Origin: Leptospirales bacterium
GTDB lineage: Bacteria; Spirochaetota; Leptospiria; Turneriellales; JAOUFE01
DNA: 64,000 nt
Assembly: GCA_040326155.1 (NCBI GenBank)
Contig: JBEQLE010000012.1
Span: forward strand, 729 to 64,728
Direction: 5' to 3'
Positions 38,701-47,375 of the stretch are shown here, piece after piece (the stretch's first letter is position 1; every line of letters starts with the position of its first letter). The notes below the pieces were generated by a model. The model was not told the DNA's origin. It was given only the letters and a program-made list of their open reading frames with translations, and made no database searches. The translations under genes were made by a program, and so were the position numbers.

Positions 38701-38914
38701 AAGGTCGGGCAATTAAAAGTTCGGCTGTTTGTGGTGTGGACCCCGGATAACTTGTGGTAATCAACAGATCGTCAAATTGAAGGTTCGGTCTGGCTTCTTT
38801 ATGCGTAAAATTCAGTGCGGCGATACCTCCGGTAAGTGTGGCTATTAGAAAAAAGTTTGCTAAAAGGTGATTTCCGGCAAAATAACCGATAAGTTTTTCT
38901 GTAAATGATGGCAC
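35792..38914 (-). CDS. RND (AcrB/AcrD/AcrF family) transporter
   Basis: 1040 aa; YPG, GLVVDDAIII.EN, VVVNDSIV, RLRAIILTTLTT. Confidence 0.93.
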   Translation of the reverse strand: MPSFTEKLIGYFAGNHLLANFFLIATLTGGIAALNFTHKEARPNLQFDDLLITTSYPGSTPQTAELLIARPLEDTLRSIPGIEEVKSDCFTGQCKTTVYLQHGYPDKPQVKSDVRNALLSVSFPPEVTELKNNPTVSEHSTANIPLIDIGIYYKDIKYLDDASRMVLQSLARTLENELTSMGEVSEIKRKGYKKDEIQVVIDPSRLRNNEISFNEIVSAIRKNSVLYPAGNIRNEDEVRVSLNSELTTVDDLKNLIIQGSFSGSNFIRLRHLARVERTFLEDRTIFKVNGRQAIVLSLIKSQAYDILDARREVFKVIEQYKNSLFKEKGMEVVYIDDESRDIRNRLGIITTNGIIGFILIMIVLFVFLDFRSGFWVGLGIPFTLAFTTICISLFGYTINSLTLAAIIIVMGLVVDDAIIIAENVNRQTELSDMQNSIKGATYMTLPIVASALTTLIAFAPLLFMPGRVGMYVEILPIVIFFMLLASLFESLFILPGHLAWRAPGFLAFLTKKREGAGHWFKRIENIYEKMLIHLLEYRFVAILLFLSLLGGVILVSATQFKFILFPREEATEFFIKGQTPLGTDRNRTAKLVEQVENILQEYLIAEGGNEVMSYMTSVARDRRGSIVPENQFTITLEIPYRHDRHRPSAEMIEEWKIKFKNLNNLKISDISPGRYNSSSGSPIELLVQSNNDNIRLAAVKMVQEKFAEIPELTNIERENDVSAIEYRLKFKRDNLTRLSVDPEKVGPTLRSILEGVVATRFYEGDDEIKVRVLADTHSASAIQNVLDVPVENRASYLVPLRQVVSVNRVNAPSFIARKNFQRTETIFADIKEGEIVTPLEIADYVENKIFPQIRQAYPRVRLAFTGEIEDSRETGTHMQYVYFAVVALVFIVLSLLFRSLSKPLIIMIAIPFGAMGVMLTLLMHGKLIFGFYAIIGALGLTGVVVNDSIVMVNKLEKERSSYSGDKFKYIASIAKTRLRAIILTTLTTAAGMFPTAYGIGGYDSFLSDMMLVMAWGLVFATMVTLVLIPVVYSFLIKSEI

Positions 38915-38985
38915 GGTTCAAAAAGCCAAACGGTCTCATAATAAAAAGCAATTTTTTGTTTCGAGTTATGAAATGACGAAAAAAT

Positions 38986-39008
38986 CTGGTGCCGTGTCTT
39001 TTTAATTT
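38986..39008. repeat. Solo end of the CTAGTGCCGTGTC element
   Basis: CTGGTGCCGTGTCTTTTTAATTT is a 22/23 match to 14901-14923; it overlaps the CHAT gene stop codon. Confidence 0.6.
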
Positions 39009-40960
39009 TTCAGATTTACGCCAAAATCGTCTAAAATATTACCTTTGCCCGCTTTTTTCTCGACTTTCTTTTTTTGTTTTTTATCGCCAACGATATAATC
39101 TTGAAATACAAGATCATACTCCCCTTTTTTCATATTATCTTCGTTTTCAAGTAGAAAAAAGTAGGGAGAAAGATCAAGAAATACTCTTTTAACGGGGATG
39201 TAAAAGACGCACTTGTCAATAAAATTGGCGGTTTTTTCCGTTAGTTCTTCTCGTATTTTTGGCCCGGACTGGGTCGGCAAAACAATCTCCCGTATATTAT
39301 GAAAACGTCTCATTCCGTACAGAGACAATTGTACGGAACCGGGTTGAATAACCTTATAAAAACCGTAGTTAATTATAAACTCTATATCAATTAATATTCT
39401 CTCCATTAGATATTGCATGGAAATAAGATAACCATCCAGACTCTCGCTCGGAATTTCATCTTTGTCATATTTTTCTTTCCATGAGATTATCTTATAAATA
39501 TCATCTTTATAGATAAACAACGCTTCTATAATATTTGGAATGAGCGGTTCGGCTTTTAAAGTCTGAATCGTTTTTAGAGCCCTGTACATAGAGTTCACCG
39601 ACCCTGCCACATCCTTTGCATAGAAAGAGAGCGGAGTCACCAGATGTAAAAAATCGTAATTCGACAAAACAAGTGAACTTAAAAACAACATTGTATTTTC
39701 GAAAAGCAAAAACAAGCTGTCCATTTTTTTAGTATTATCAGCCTCATTTTCAGTTCTGCTTATAATACTGAAATCTTCAAAAGCCTCAGAAATAGGAAAA
39801 GGATATTTCTCTTTTACAATTTGATGATTCAATACATTTCTCATTAAATCGGTATTTAATGCATCGGGTTGAAAAATTCTCGTCATCGGATTTCCCATTA
39901 AAAGATAACTGGCCCAGGTAATATCGTTTACCGTAAAACTTTTTCTGGCATACTGCCTTGCATTTTGCAGAGCGAGGCCAACTGGTTCCCCGTTAAAAAG
40001 AATATCATAAAATTGCAACGTAAACCTGAGTGTTTGTTCATTATCGGGAAGCTCCCATATGGAACCTATATAATTTGTTCTGCCCGTTTTCAAAAATGAA
40101 CTTGCAAAATTTTCATACCAGGAATCAGGATTATCTGACATTTCAAGATCGCGTCCACTAATACAACTATTCGAAAAAATTAGTTCCGGAGCCGCCCCCG
40201 ACTGTTGAATCTCACGCGCATGTATAATTTTATTGTTATATAATATCCAACCGTTCTCTTGTAAATCGTTTGTATAATGAAGATGGCCGCTATAATGAAT
40301 AAGGTCTTTTCCGACTATTGCATTTAACAACGAAAGTTTTGTAATTTTACGACCCGAGATCAATTCAATCTGTAATTTCTTTTCGGGAAAATTTGTACTT
40401 AAATAATCGTACAGGTTCTCTCCCTCTTTTCTAGCCCATTCCAGATCTTCGGTTGGGTCGGCAATAATAAGCATATTCAGGTTGTCTTTTGCTTTGCCAT
40501 CGAAAGTTGAACTATGTTGTCCTTTAACCGATTTTCCGATGTAAAATTTTTGCCATAGAAAGTTTGTTCCATCAGATAAAATCTCGAGTGGAATCGATGC
40601 AAGTTTATGATCAATTTGAAAAAACAGATAATGACCTTCCGACTCACGAAATAGAGTCTGCAACGCCTCTGGAAAAAGCTGCCGATAAAAAGTTTCACCG
40701 ACTTCATGTAATCTGGTATTTAAATCGAGGTGTTCATAAAACATTCCCCCGGGGGTGCCTGCTCCGCTCATTTTCATAATCGAACGAGAAAGGTTCGAAA
40801 TTTCACGAAGTTCCGATAAATATTCTTGAATTAAGTCGTCGTCGGTAATAGATTGCAAAGAGTGGTTTTCTTCGAACAGAGGTTTACCTGCGCCGGGATC
40901 ATGAATTACATTAAATACATTCGTATTGCCTACCCGGTCGACTATAATTTTAATAAACAT
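39002..40960 (-). CDS. CHAT-domain (caspase-like) protein
   Basis: IPLEIL.DG, LIIADPT.DL..A..E, catalytic LIHYSGH and FSNSCISG, YIGSIW, WASYLLMG. Confidence 0.88.
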   Translation of the reverse strand: MFIKIIVDRVGNTNVFNVIHDPGAGKPLFEENHSLQSITDDDLIQEYLSELREISNLSRSIMKMSGAGTPGGMFYEHLDLNTRLHEVGETFYRQLFPEALQTLFRESEGHYLFFQIDHKLASIPLEILSDGTNFLWQKFYIGKSVKGQHSSTFDGKAKDNLNMLIIADPTEDLEWARKEGENLYDYLSTNFPEKKLQIELISGRKITKLSLLNAIVGKDLIHYSGHLHYTNDLQENGWILYNNKIIHAREIQQSGAAPELIFSNSCISGRDLEMSDNPDSWYENFASSFLKTGRTNYIGSIWELPDNEQTLRFTLQFYDILFNGEPVGLALQNARQYARKSFTVNDITWASYLLMGNPMTRIFQPDALNTDLMRNVLNHQIVKEKYPFPISEAFEDFSIISRTENEADNTKKMDSLFLLFENTMLFLSSLVLSNYDFLHLVTPLSFYAKDVAGSVNSMYRALKTIQTLKAEPLIPNIIEALFIYKDDIYKIISWKEKYDKDEIPSESLDGYLISMQYLMERILIDIEFIINYGFYKVIQPGSVQLSLYGMRRFHNIREIVLPTQSGPKIREELTEKTANFIDKCVFYIPVKRVFLDLSPYFFLLENEDNMKKGEYDLVFQDYIVGDKKQKKKVEKKAGKGNILDDFGVNLKN

Positions 40961-41028
40961 GACACAAAATCCCCATTTAGTCTATATATCGGCATTTTAA
41001 GTTGCCAATATTCACACTACAAACCAAA

Positions 41029-42951
41029 TTATTGATACATACTTTTTATCAACTCTGCATACCTTTCTGTAACCACGAATCGACGAAGTTTAAAAGTTCT
41101 GTTTATTTCATCGCCCATTTCAAATGGTTTTTTTAACAGACGTAGATGAGAAACGCGCTCGAAAGGACGAAAACCAGTCGAACCGTTTACCAGACGCTGC
41201 ACTTCTGACCGATAAAATTTCTGAACTTGCTGATTTTCAACCCAGTCTTCTATAGAGTCTCCAGGAATATTATTTTGTTTAACATACTCTTCGAGTTCTT
41301 CGGCGGCAGGAACAATTAAAGCACCCAGGTTTTTTTCATCCTGACCTACCAGCATTACATTGTCAACATATGGACTTTTTTTCAATCTTTCTTCTACGGG
41401 CGTAGGTTCCACGTTTTCACCGCCACGCAACACGATTGTATCTTTTGAGCGTCCGACAATACTGATATCGCCATCAATCGTTATTTTTACCAGGTCACCC
41501 GTATTGAACCAGCCATCATCATCCATAACTTCTGCTGTTTTTTTCAACGATCGGTAGTACCCTTTCATGACCTGAGGACCACGAACATACAGAGTTCCTT
41601 TATCGCCAGGCATATGAGTCACGTCTTTGCCTTCCATGTCAATTACACGAAGTTCCGTAGCCGGCACAGCAGGGCCGACGGTACCAAGAACAATACGGTC
41701 AGGATGACGAACGGATAATACAGGTGAAGTCTCGGTCAAACCATACCCTTCACAAATTCTAATTCCTGCGGCGGCAAAAAACTCGTCAATATAGTCGGGC
41801 AATGCTCCCCCACCTGAAATGGATGCTCGCAGTTGACCACCCGTTGCGGCAATAATTTTGCGAAAAACCAAAAGATGGCCCAGCAGTTTTAAAGGCCATA
41901 ATAAACCCACGAATAAAAAATTGGCCGTCTTTAAAGGTAAATCCACAAGAGGAGAACGATGTGCAAACCTTCTGTCTTGCATTTCAATTATTTTCATAGC
42001 TCGAAAATGGAGCAATGAAATAGTTTTAAAAAATAGAAATATTTTCTCTTTAATATTAATGGACTTTCCAGCGCCAGCGCTTTTAATTCCGCCCATAATT
42101 TTGTTGTAAACGCCTTCCCAGATTCGGGGAACGGCAGGTACAAAATGCGGTTTTATGTTTTTTAAATCTTCACCAAGGTGACGTACATCAGTGTAGTGAA
42201 TCTCCATTCCGGCTTCAAAAAACATATACTCCAAAATTCTTCCAAAAACATGCCAGGGTGGTAACAAAGTCAAAGCCCGATCACCCACCGATAAATTAAA
42301 AGGACCCGGAACAAGGTTAATTTGCGACACAAAATTGCCGTGAGTCAGCATTACCCCTTTTGGGTTACCAGTTGTTCCAGAAGTGTATATTATAGAAGCA
42401 AGCGAGTCCGATTTTATTTTCTTTTGCCGCTTTTCAATCTCTTTGTAGGAGCGCCCTTTTTTAGCGATAATATCTTGTCCCCGTTTCAGAACGTTTTTTA
42501 AGGATTCAGCCTTTTTCGATGTTCCCTCGGGAATTTTATCATCTAAAACAATATATTGCTTAATTTTCCCTTTATGTTTTTTAATCCCTTTTTCTATTTT
42601 GTCAATCTGTGCGGCGTTGTGTACTAAAACAAATTCGGCCCCGGAGTGGGTTAAAATAAACCCCAGCTCATCTTCGGTGCTATCGGTTCCTCTGGGTACG
42701 TCAACCGCCCCGATAAACTCAATCGATAAATTCCCGATGGCCCAATAATGAGATACATCTGCAATTAAACCGACCGACTGGCCAAATTTCAGGCCCATAT
42801 CAATGAGAGCCGTAGAAAGGGCATAAACATGTTTTTCTACTTCTCCATAAGTAAGCGAATGAAAGACTTTCTTTTCTCTCCAGCTATAAGCCAGCTTATC
42901 TGAATAATGATCAAAGGTGTGTTTAATAATTTCTACAATTGTTCTATACAT
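41029..42951 (-). CDS. fadD: Long-chain fatty acid-CoA ligase (AMP-binding, FadD15-like)
   Basis: YTSGTTGNPKG, EGYGLTETSP, GWFNTGD, GRSKDTIVLRGGENVEP. Confidence 0.9.
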   Translation of the reverse strand: MYRTIVEIIKHTFDHYSDKLAYSWREKKVFHSLTYGEVEKHVYALSTALIDMGLKFGQSVGLIADVSHYWAIGNLSIEFIGAVDVPRGTDSTEDELGFILTHSGAEFVLVHNAAQIDKIEKGIKKHKGKIKQYIVLDDKIPEGTSKKAESLKNVLKRGQDIIAKKGRSYKEIEKRQKKIKSDSLASIIYTSGTTGNPKGVMLTHGNFVSQINLVPGPFNLSVGDRALTLLPPWHVFGRILEYMFFEAGMEIHYTDVRHLGEDLKNIKPHFVPAVPRIWEGVYNKIMGGIKSAGAGKSINIKEKIFLFFKTISLLHFRAMKIIEMQDRRFAHRSPLVDLPLKTANFLFVGLLWPLKLLGHLLVFRKIIAATGGQLRASISGGGALPDYIDEFFAAAGIRICEGYGLTETSPVLSVRHPDRIVLGTVGPAVPATELRVIDMEGKDVTHMPGDKGTLYVRGPQVMKGYYRSLKKTAEVMDDDGWFNTGDLVKITIDGDISIVGRSKDTIVLRGGENVEPTPVEERLKKSPYVDNVMLVGQDEKNLGALIVPAAEELEEYVKQNNIPGDSIEDWVENQQVQKFYRSEVQRLVNGSTGFRPFERVSHLRLLKKPFEMGDEINRTFKLRRFVVTERYAELIKSMYQ

Positions 42952-43128
42952 TCACTAATCCTTAGTTATACGTTACCAATATTATGTTCTGTTGTCTATA
43001 AAATCCAACCGGTCCAAGGTGGATTACCATAAGCAAACCATTACCAAAGCTTTACTGATTGAAACCACTTGACAGTATGCAAACCATTTATTACATTTTA
43101 ATATATATTCGAACAAATCGAACTTAAC

Positions 43129-43890
43129 ATGAAATGGCAAATGGATACAAATAAAAGCTTAGTACTTCTTATCATATTATCGACATCACTTGGTACGTAT
43201 TGTAAATCCACAAGCATTATTCCACGCGATATCTCGTTGAAAAAATACGAAAAACTTAACTGGCAGGAACAGACCGAATATTTTGACGGCCACGACAAGA
43301 AAAAAACCAGCAGATCCATACCGGACGATGTATATAAAAACGCGTTTTACGGTTCCCGTTCACCGGTCACCATTGCGGCAATTCGCAGTTTAAGTCCGGC
43401 ACTGACCGAAACCTATCGAAAAGATCTATACAAATTAATGGTGAGCCGCCAACCGATTGTCCGATGGGAAGCCTGTAAGCAAATAGCCGCCTACCCGCTC
43501 CAGGAAGACCTTAAGCACTTAATTCAGTCGAGAAATGATCGGGAGTGGATGGTTCGGGAGTGCGTTTATTCCACTTTGCGTCTGTACGAAAGCGAAAAAA
43601 AAGAAAAAAAGTACTTTTACTACATACTGGCGGCGCTACGCGACAAGAATCCCAATGTATTGAGTGAAATATATAAAACGCTGTTCTGGTATCGGGACGA
43701 GAGAACTTTTCCGTATATTTTTAAAAGATCGTATCACACAAGAAACTCTTTTGAGATGCTTGTAATTATTCGAGAACTGGGTAAGTATAATAATATAAAA
43801 GTAAGAAACCGCCTGAGAGAACTGGCCAGAAACCATGACGATTTTCTAATTAGAGAAGAAGCAAATAAAATTCTACTTAGTTTGTATTAA
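43129..43890 (+). CDS. HEAT-repeat protein, probably a lipoprotein
   Basis: Signal ending GTYC; repeats VRWEAC, DREWMVRECVY..L, LRDKNPNV, DDFLIREEA. Confidence 0.7.
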   Translation: MKWQMDTNKSLVLLIILSTSLGTYCKSTSIIPRDISLKKYEKLNWQEQTEYFDGHDKKKTSRSIPDDVYKNAFYGSRSPVTIAAIRSLSPALTETYRKDLYKLMVSRQPIVRWEACKQIAAYPLQEDLKHLIQSRNDREWMVRECVYSTLRLYESEKKEKKYFYYILAALRDKNPNVLSEIYKTLFWYRDERTFPYIFKRSYHTRNSFEMLVIIRELGKYNNIKVRNRLRELARNHDDFLIREEANKILLSLY

Positions 43891-43891
43891 T

Positions 43892-44788
43892 TTAATTCCT
43901 CGAAAAATGAGGTTGAACCGGCTTTCCTTTTCGTTTTATCTCAAAATGGATATGAGGTCCGGTCGAACGGCCTGTATTTCCACTTAATGCAATGGTTTGC
44001 CCCCTTTCCACTTTCTGGCCTACCGTAACTTTAAACTTACTCAGGTGACCGTATAGTGACTGGTACCCATTACGATGTTCAATAATAACTAAATTACCAT
44101 ACCCTCCTTTCGTATTTGCATAAATAACAATACCGGGAGCCGCCGCAATTACATTGGTTCCAATGGGGCAACCTATATCGACCCCTTTATGAAACTTACT
44201 TTTATTGCCAAAAGGATCATTTCTATAACCATAATTCGAAGTTATTCTTCCAACTACCGGGCGGGAAAAAACACTTAAATTCAGATACTCTTTTTCTTCA
44301 TGCGCAAAAGAGCGTCCGGGAATAAAGTAGAGATCTTTATAACCGGGAACGGCAATTACAGAACCAGGAGTGATGTTGTATTTTTGAGCGATTTGGGAGC
44401 GATCTCCGAAGACCGAAATTCCCCTGGTGTTCGGTATGAGCCAATAGCGTCCTGTTTCAACATCCCAAAGAGAAGCAAGTTGATTTACACTCGAAAGCGT
44501 ATCGTGATCGAGCATAGTTCGTGTCATTACCAGAAAAAAACTGTCATCTTTTTTTACAAAATACTTACGAAAGTAAGGTTTTACAGAATTTCCCTGAGCT
44601 TGTTTTTCTAAATTGGTTTTTACTTCGTTGCGATGTTGCTGTAAATTTGCATCTTTGTACTCGACCGACGTCAACAAAGGCAGATCTGTGTAGGGGGTTT
44701 TTACTGTTCCAAAAAATGCTGGAACATATAAAAAAAACACAATCAAAGCAAGAGTACTGGTTATCTTAGGTTTTGGAAAACGATTCAT
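43892..44788 (-). CDS. M23 family metallopeptidase with degenerate LysM-like N-terminus
   Basis: FHKGVD (HxxxD), GYGN, YGHL, GRSTGPHIHFE (HxH). Confidence 0.92.
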   Translation of the reverse strand: MNRFPKPKITSTLALIVFFLYVPAFFGTVKTPYTDLPLLTSVEYKDANLQQHRNEVKTNLEKQAQGNSVKPYFRKYFVKKDDSFFLVMTRTMLDHDTLSSVNQLASLWDVETGRYWLIPNTRGISVFGDRSQIAQKYNITPGSVIAVPGYKDLYFIPGRSFAHEEKEYLNLSVFSRPVVGRITSNYGYRNDPFGNKSKFHKGVDIGCPIGTNVIAAAPGIVIYANTKGGYGNLVIIEHRNGYQSLYGHLSKFKVTVGQKVERGQTIALSGNTGRSTGPHIHFEIKRKGKPVQPHFSRN

Positions 44789-44849
44789 CCGTGTCTAATT
44801 AACGGTAAAAAACGGGATTTCGATACTCTTTTTCACCGAAAAATAAATT

Positions 44850-44933
44850 TACCGAAGGCCGGAATCGAACCGGCACGGAGTTGCCCCCACCGGATTTTGA
44901 ATCCGGCGCGTCTACCAATTTCACCACTTCGGC
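44850..44933 (-). tRNA. tRNA-Leu(CAA)
   Basis: GCCGAAGTGGTGAAATTGGTAGAC..CCGGA-TTCAAAA-TCCGG anticodon arm, long variable arm, GGTTCGATTCC T arm; CCA not encoded. Confidence 0.96.
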
Positions 44934-44962
44934 ATTATTTTCTTATGTATCGGTGTGAAGTT

Positions 44963-45388
44963 TTATTTGCTATCATCGAGCGGGTCAATTTCGATATATT
45001 TTCCCTTAGCTCTGGCGATAATTTTACCTATGTCATCTTCAAGTTCGGCCCTGTTTTCGACAATCTTTTTATTCTTTTTAACAAAATAACCGCGTAAATA
45101 GATCGGTTCTCCTGTTTTTGCCAATTGCAGGAATCGCACAGTAAGTTCCCCGGTAACCACTTCAAGATTCATCGCCTGATTAATGTGCATCATAACTTCA
45201 TCTAACAAAACCGTAAGTATACCCTGGTGAACATGTTCGGGTTGGTGGCCTTGAAAATGCGAAGGAATGGCGATTTCTCCGTACGCGGTTTTTGTGTCTT
45301 CATCGTATTCCAGTTTCATTTGAAGTCCCTGTTCATTGTCGGGACTCGTACCAAAACTCAAATTCTTATGCTTACGCAAAACTTTCAT
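44963..45388 (-). CDS. PaaI-family hot-dog thioesterase
   Basis: FG...NEQGL, FQG....[21 protein letters not shown]. Confidence 0.85.
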   Translation of the reverse strand: MKVLRKHKNLSFGTSPDNEQGLQMKLEYDEDTKTAYGEIAIPSHFQGHQPEHVHQGILTVLLDEVMMHINQAMNLEVVTGELTVRFLQLAKTGEPIYLRGYFVKKNKKIVENRAELEDDIGKIIARAKGKYIEIDPLDDSK

Positions 45389-45589
45389 TACTATAGTATA
45401 ATGCAAAATTTACCACAGGGTGTCAAGTCAAAAGTGCACTATGGCAGGCCTCTGAATTTCAGAAGTCGAGCAATAACTTCATATTACCCCGGTTTACCCG
45501 GTGAACAAAGCGCTATAATTATAAGCATGGTAGATTCTTTTCTTTTTTTTTCTTGACAGTATATAATTATATATCGGTCTTATGTCACA

Positions 45590-46606
45590 TTGACAGCAAC
45601 TATGTTTTTTCAGGAAATTATTTATAAAGATCTCTCGCCAACGCAAGTTGAACTTGCGAAAAATCTGGCCCTCGAAATTCTTGATAATTCAGAAAACCTC
45701 ATATGGACCGAGTGGAAGTCAAACATTCCTTTAAGTATAAACAAACAATTACCTCTGGTTTTGGTCAAAGAAAAGTCTGAATATCAAAAAACCAACATAT
45801 ACGAAAAACTTTATAGCGAAGGAAGCCCCTTTTTTATTGAATGGGAGAACTTTATTCGTGAGCCAACAACAGTATTAACCACCTTTCGTACTAAGTCATC
45901 ACAAACGGTAGCGCTTGCTTTTTTACCTCCCTATTTTGAAAACCTTCTGCTTGGAATTTTTTCATTATATGGGTATAACATTGAAATTGCCAAAACCCCG
46001 GAAGAATTAGAGATAATCTTGAAAAACCGTCCCGACTACCTCCTGTTCGACATTGACATGAAAGAAATCGATTCGAACAAGAGAACGAAAATTATAAAAA
46101 ACATTCGTAATGTTTCTAAAAGCAGCCCGGGCTTTGCGGTAAACGTAGTAAAAGATTTCGATGCTGGTTCGCTATATGACGATATCTGTTCTCCGGTAAA
46201 AGATTTCTGTGATCTATTATTAAGTCATGAAGAGTACATCGTTTTTATTTTACGGTTTTTATATGGAAACGAAATCGATAAAACTCTATATAACCAGAAA
46301 GAGAAACTAGAAGCATGGTTTGAAAAACTCAGTTGTATGAACCTGTCCGAAAAGCCTCTCAAGAATTTATTTAATGGACTTATGAACCCGAAAAAGACCT
46401 ACTATCGAATATTAAGACTACAAGAAGAGCTGGAAAGTCTGCATTCCACCCGTAAAGATGTTCGAATTGAACTTCAGCACACACTACTCAGCTGGATGGT
46501 AGAATACATTATAGAAAAAGATGAAAAACATGAAAGGTCTACATTCACATTTCTGGACAGTCCGCCCACAGAACCAGCCCAACCCGCCCGCGAAACATTA
46601 AAATAA
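45590..46606 (+). CDS. Hypothetical protein with possible degenerate receiver-like segment
   Basis: 338-aa ORF; GYNIEIA.TPEE.......PDYLLFDIDM resembles a REC domain. Confidence 0.6.
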   Translation: MTATMFFQEIIYKDLSPTQVELAKNLALEILDNSENLIWTEWKSNIPLSINKQLPLVLVKEKSEYQKTNIYEKLYSEGSPFFIEWENFIREPTTVLTTFRTKSSQTVALAFLPPYFENLLLGIFSLYGYNIEIAKTPEELEIILKNRPDYLLFDIDMKEIDSNKRTKIIKNIRNVSKSSPGFAVNVVKDFDAGSLYDDICSPVKDFCDLLLSHEEYIVFILRFLYGNEIDKTLYNQKEKLEAWFEKLSCMNLSEKPLKNLFNGLMNPKKTYYRILRLQEELESLHSTRKDVRIELQHTLLSWMVEYIIEKDEKHERSTFTFLDSPPTEPAQPARETLK

Positions 46607-46664
46607 TTCGTAAAATATTCGTGACAAACCCCTGAAAAGCCGACATATATACAAAAGAGGCTTC

Positions 46665-47174
46665 ATGAAATACTTAATCAATGCATTAGAGTGGTTATTC
46701 TGGCAAACCAGATTTGTTATTTTTATCGGAGTGTTATCTGGTATATTAACGACCCTTGTTTTAGTAATACTCGGTACCATCGATGCGTACGATTTTTTTG
46801 CAACATTCTACAAGAGTTTCGGTAGCAAAAAAGGATTCACGGGAATGGGTTCTACTGCCCTGCTAAAGGGTTTAAAAATGGTTGAACTTTTTCTAGCGGC
46901 TACGTTAACAATGTTTTTCAGTTTTGGAATTTTCCAGGTTTTTATTCATCGAATCTCCAGATTTGAAAACGACCCCGAAGCTGCAAAAGGCCTGATTGTT
47001 ACAAATATAGAACAATTCAAAGACAAGTTTTTAAAGCTTATTCATATTATTCTTATAACAACCTTTTTCAAATACACTTTAACCGTAAAATTTTCTAACG
47101 AAACAGATCTACTGTATTTATCAGGTTCCATCTTTCTGGTCGCCGCATCCATGTACCTCGCTTCAAAGAAATAA
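46665..47174 (+). CDS. YqhA (UPF0114) family membrane protein
   Basis: LE..FWQTR, VELFL.A.....FSFG..QVFI, four TM helices. Confidence 0.8.
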   Translation: MKYLINALEWLFWQTRFVIFIGVLSGILTTLVLVILGTIDAYDFFATFYKSFGSKKGFTGMGSTALLKGLKMVELFLAATLTMFFSFGIFQVFIHRISRFENDPEAAKGLIVTNIEQFKDKFLKLIHIILITTFFKYTLTVKFSNETDLLYLSGSIFLVAASMYLASKK

Positions 47175-47224
47175 AAAGATCAACATTTTTTTGTCGAATA
47201 AAATACCACGGAGCGGTCGAATTC

Positions 47225-47251
47225 GTCAGGTTTTCGTGCGAAAAACCTGAC
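47225..47251. terminator. Hairpin between convergent genes
   Basis: GTCAGGTTTT-N7-AAAACCTGAC. Confidence 0.4.
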
Positions 47252-47375
47252 AGACCTTGTCGCCTGACGCGGCCGCTTTCGGCTTCTGCGGCCAAAACAA
47301 CATTTTTTTTCGAAAAAAACTTAAAACTTATATCGAACGTAGCAACACAAAAAAACCGTAGGATTTTTTTGTGAC

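Noticed and set aside
44850..44933. tRNA-Leu as an integration site for a prophage or island
   Set aside because: No integrase and no duplicated tRNA 3-prime end noticed in the window; flanking genes look like core genes.
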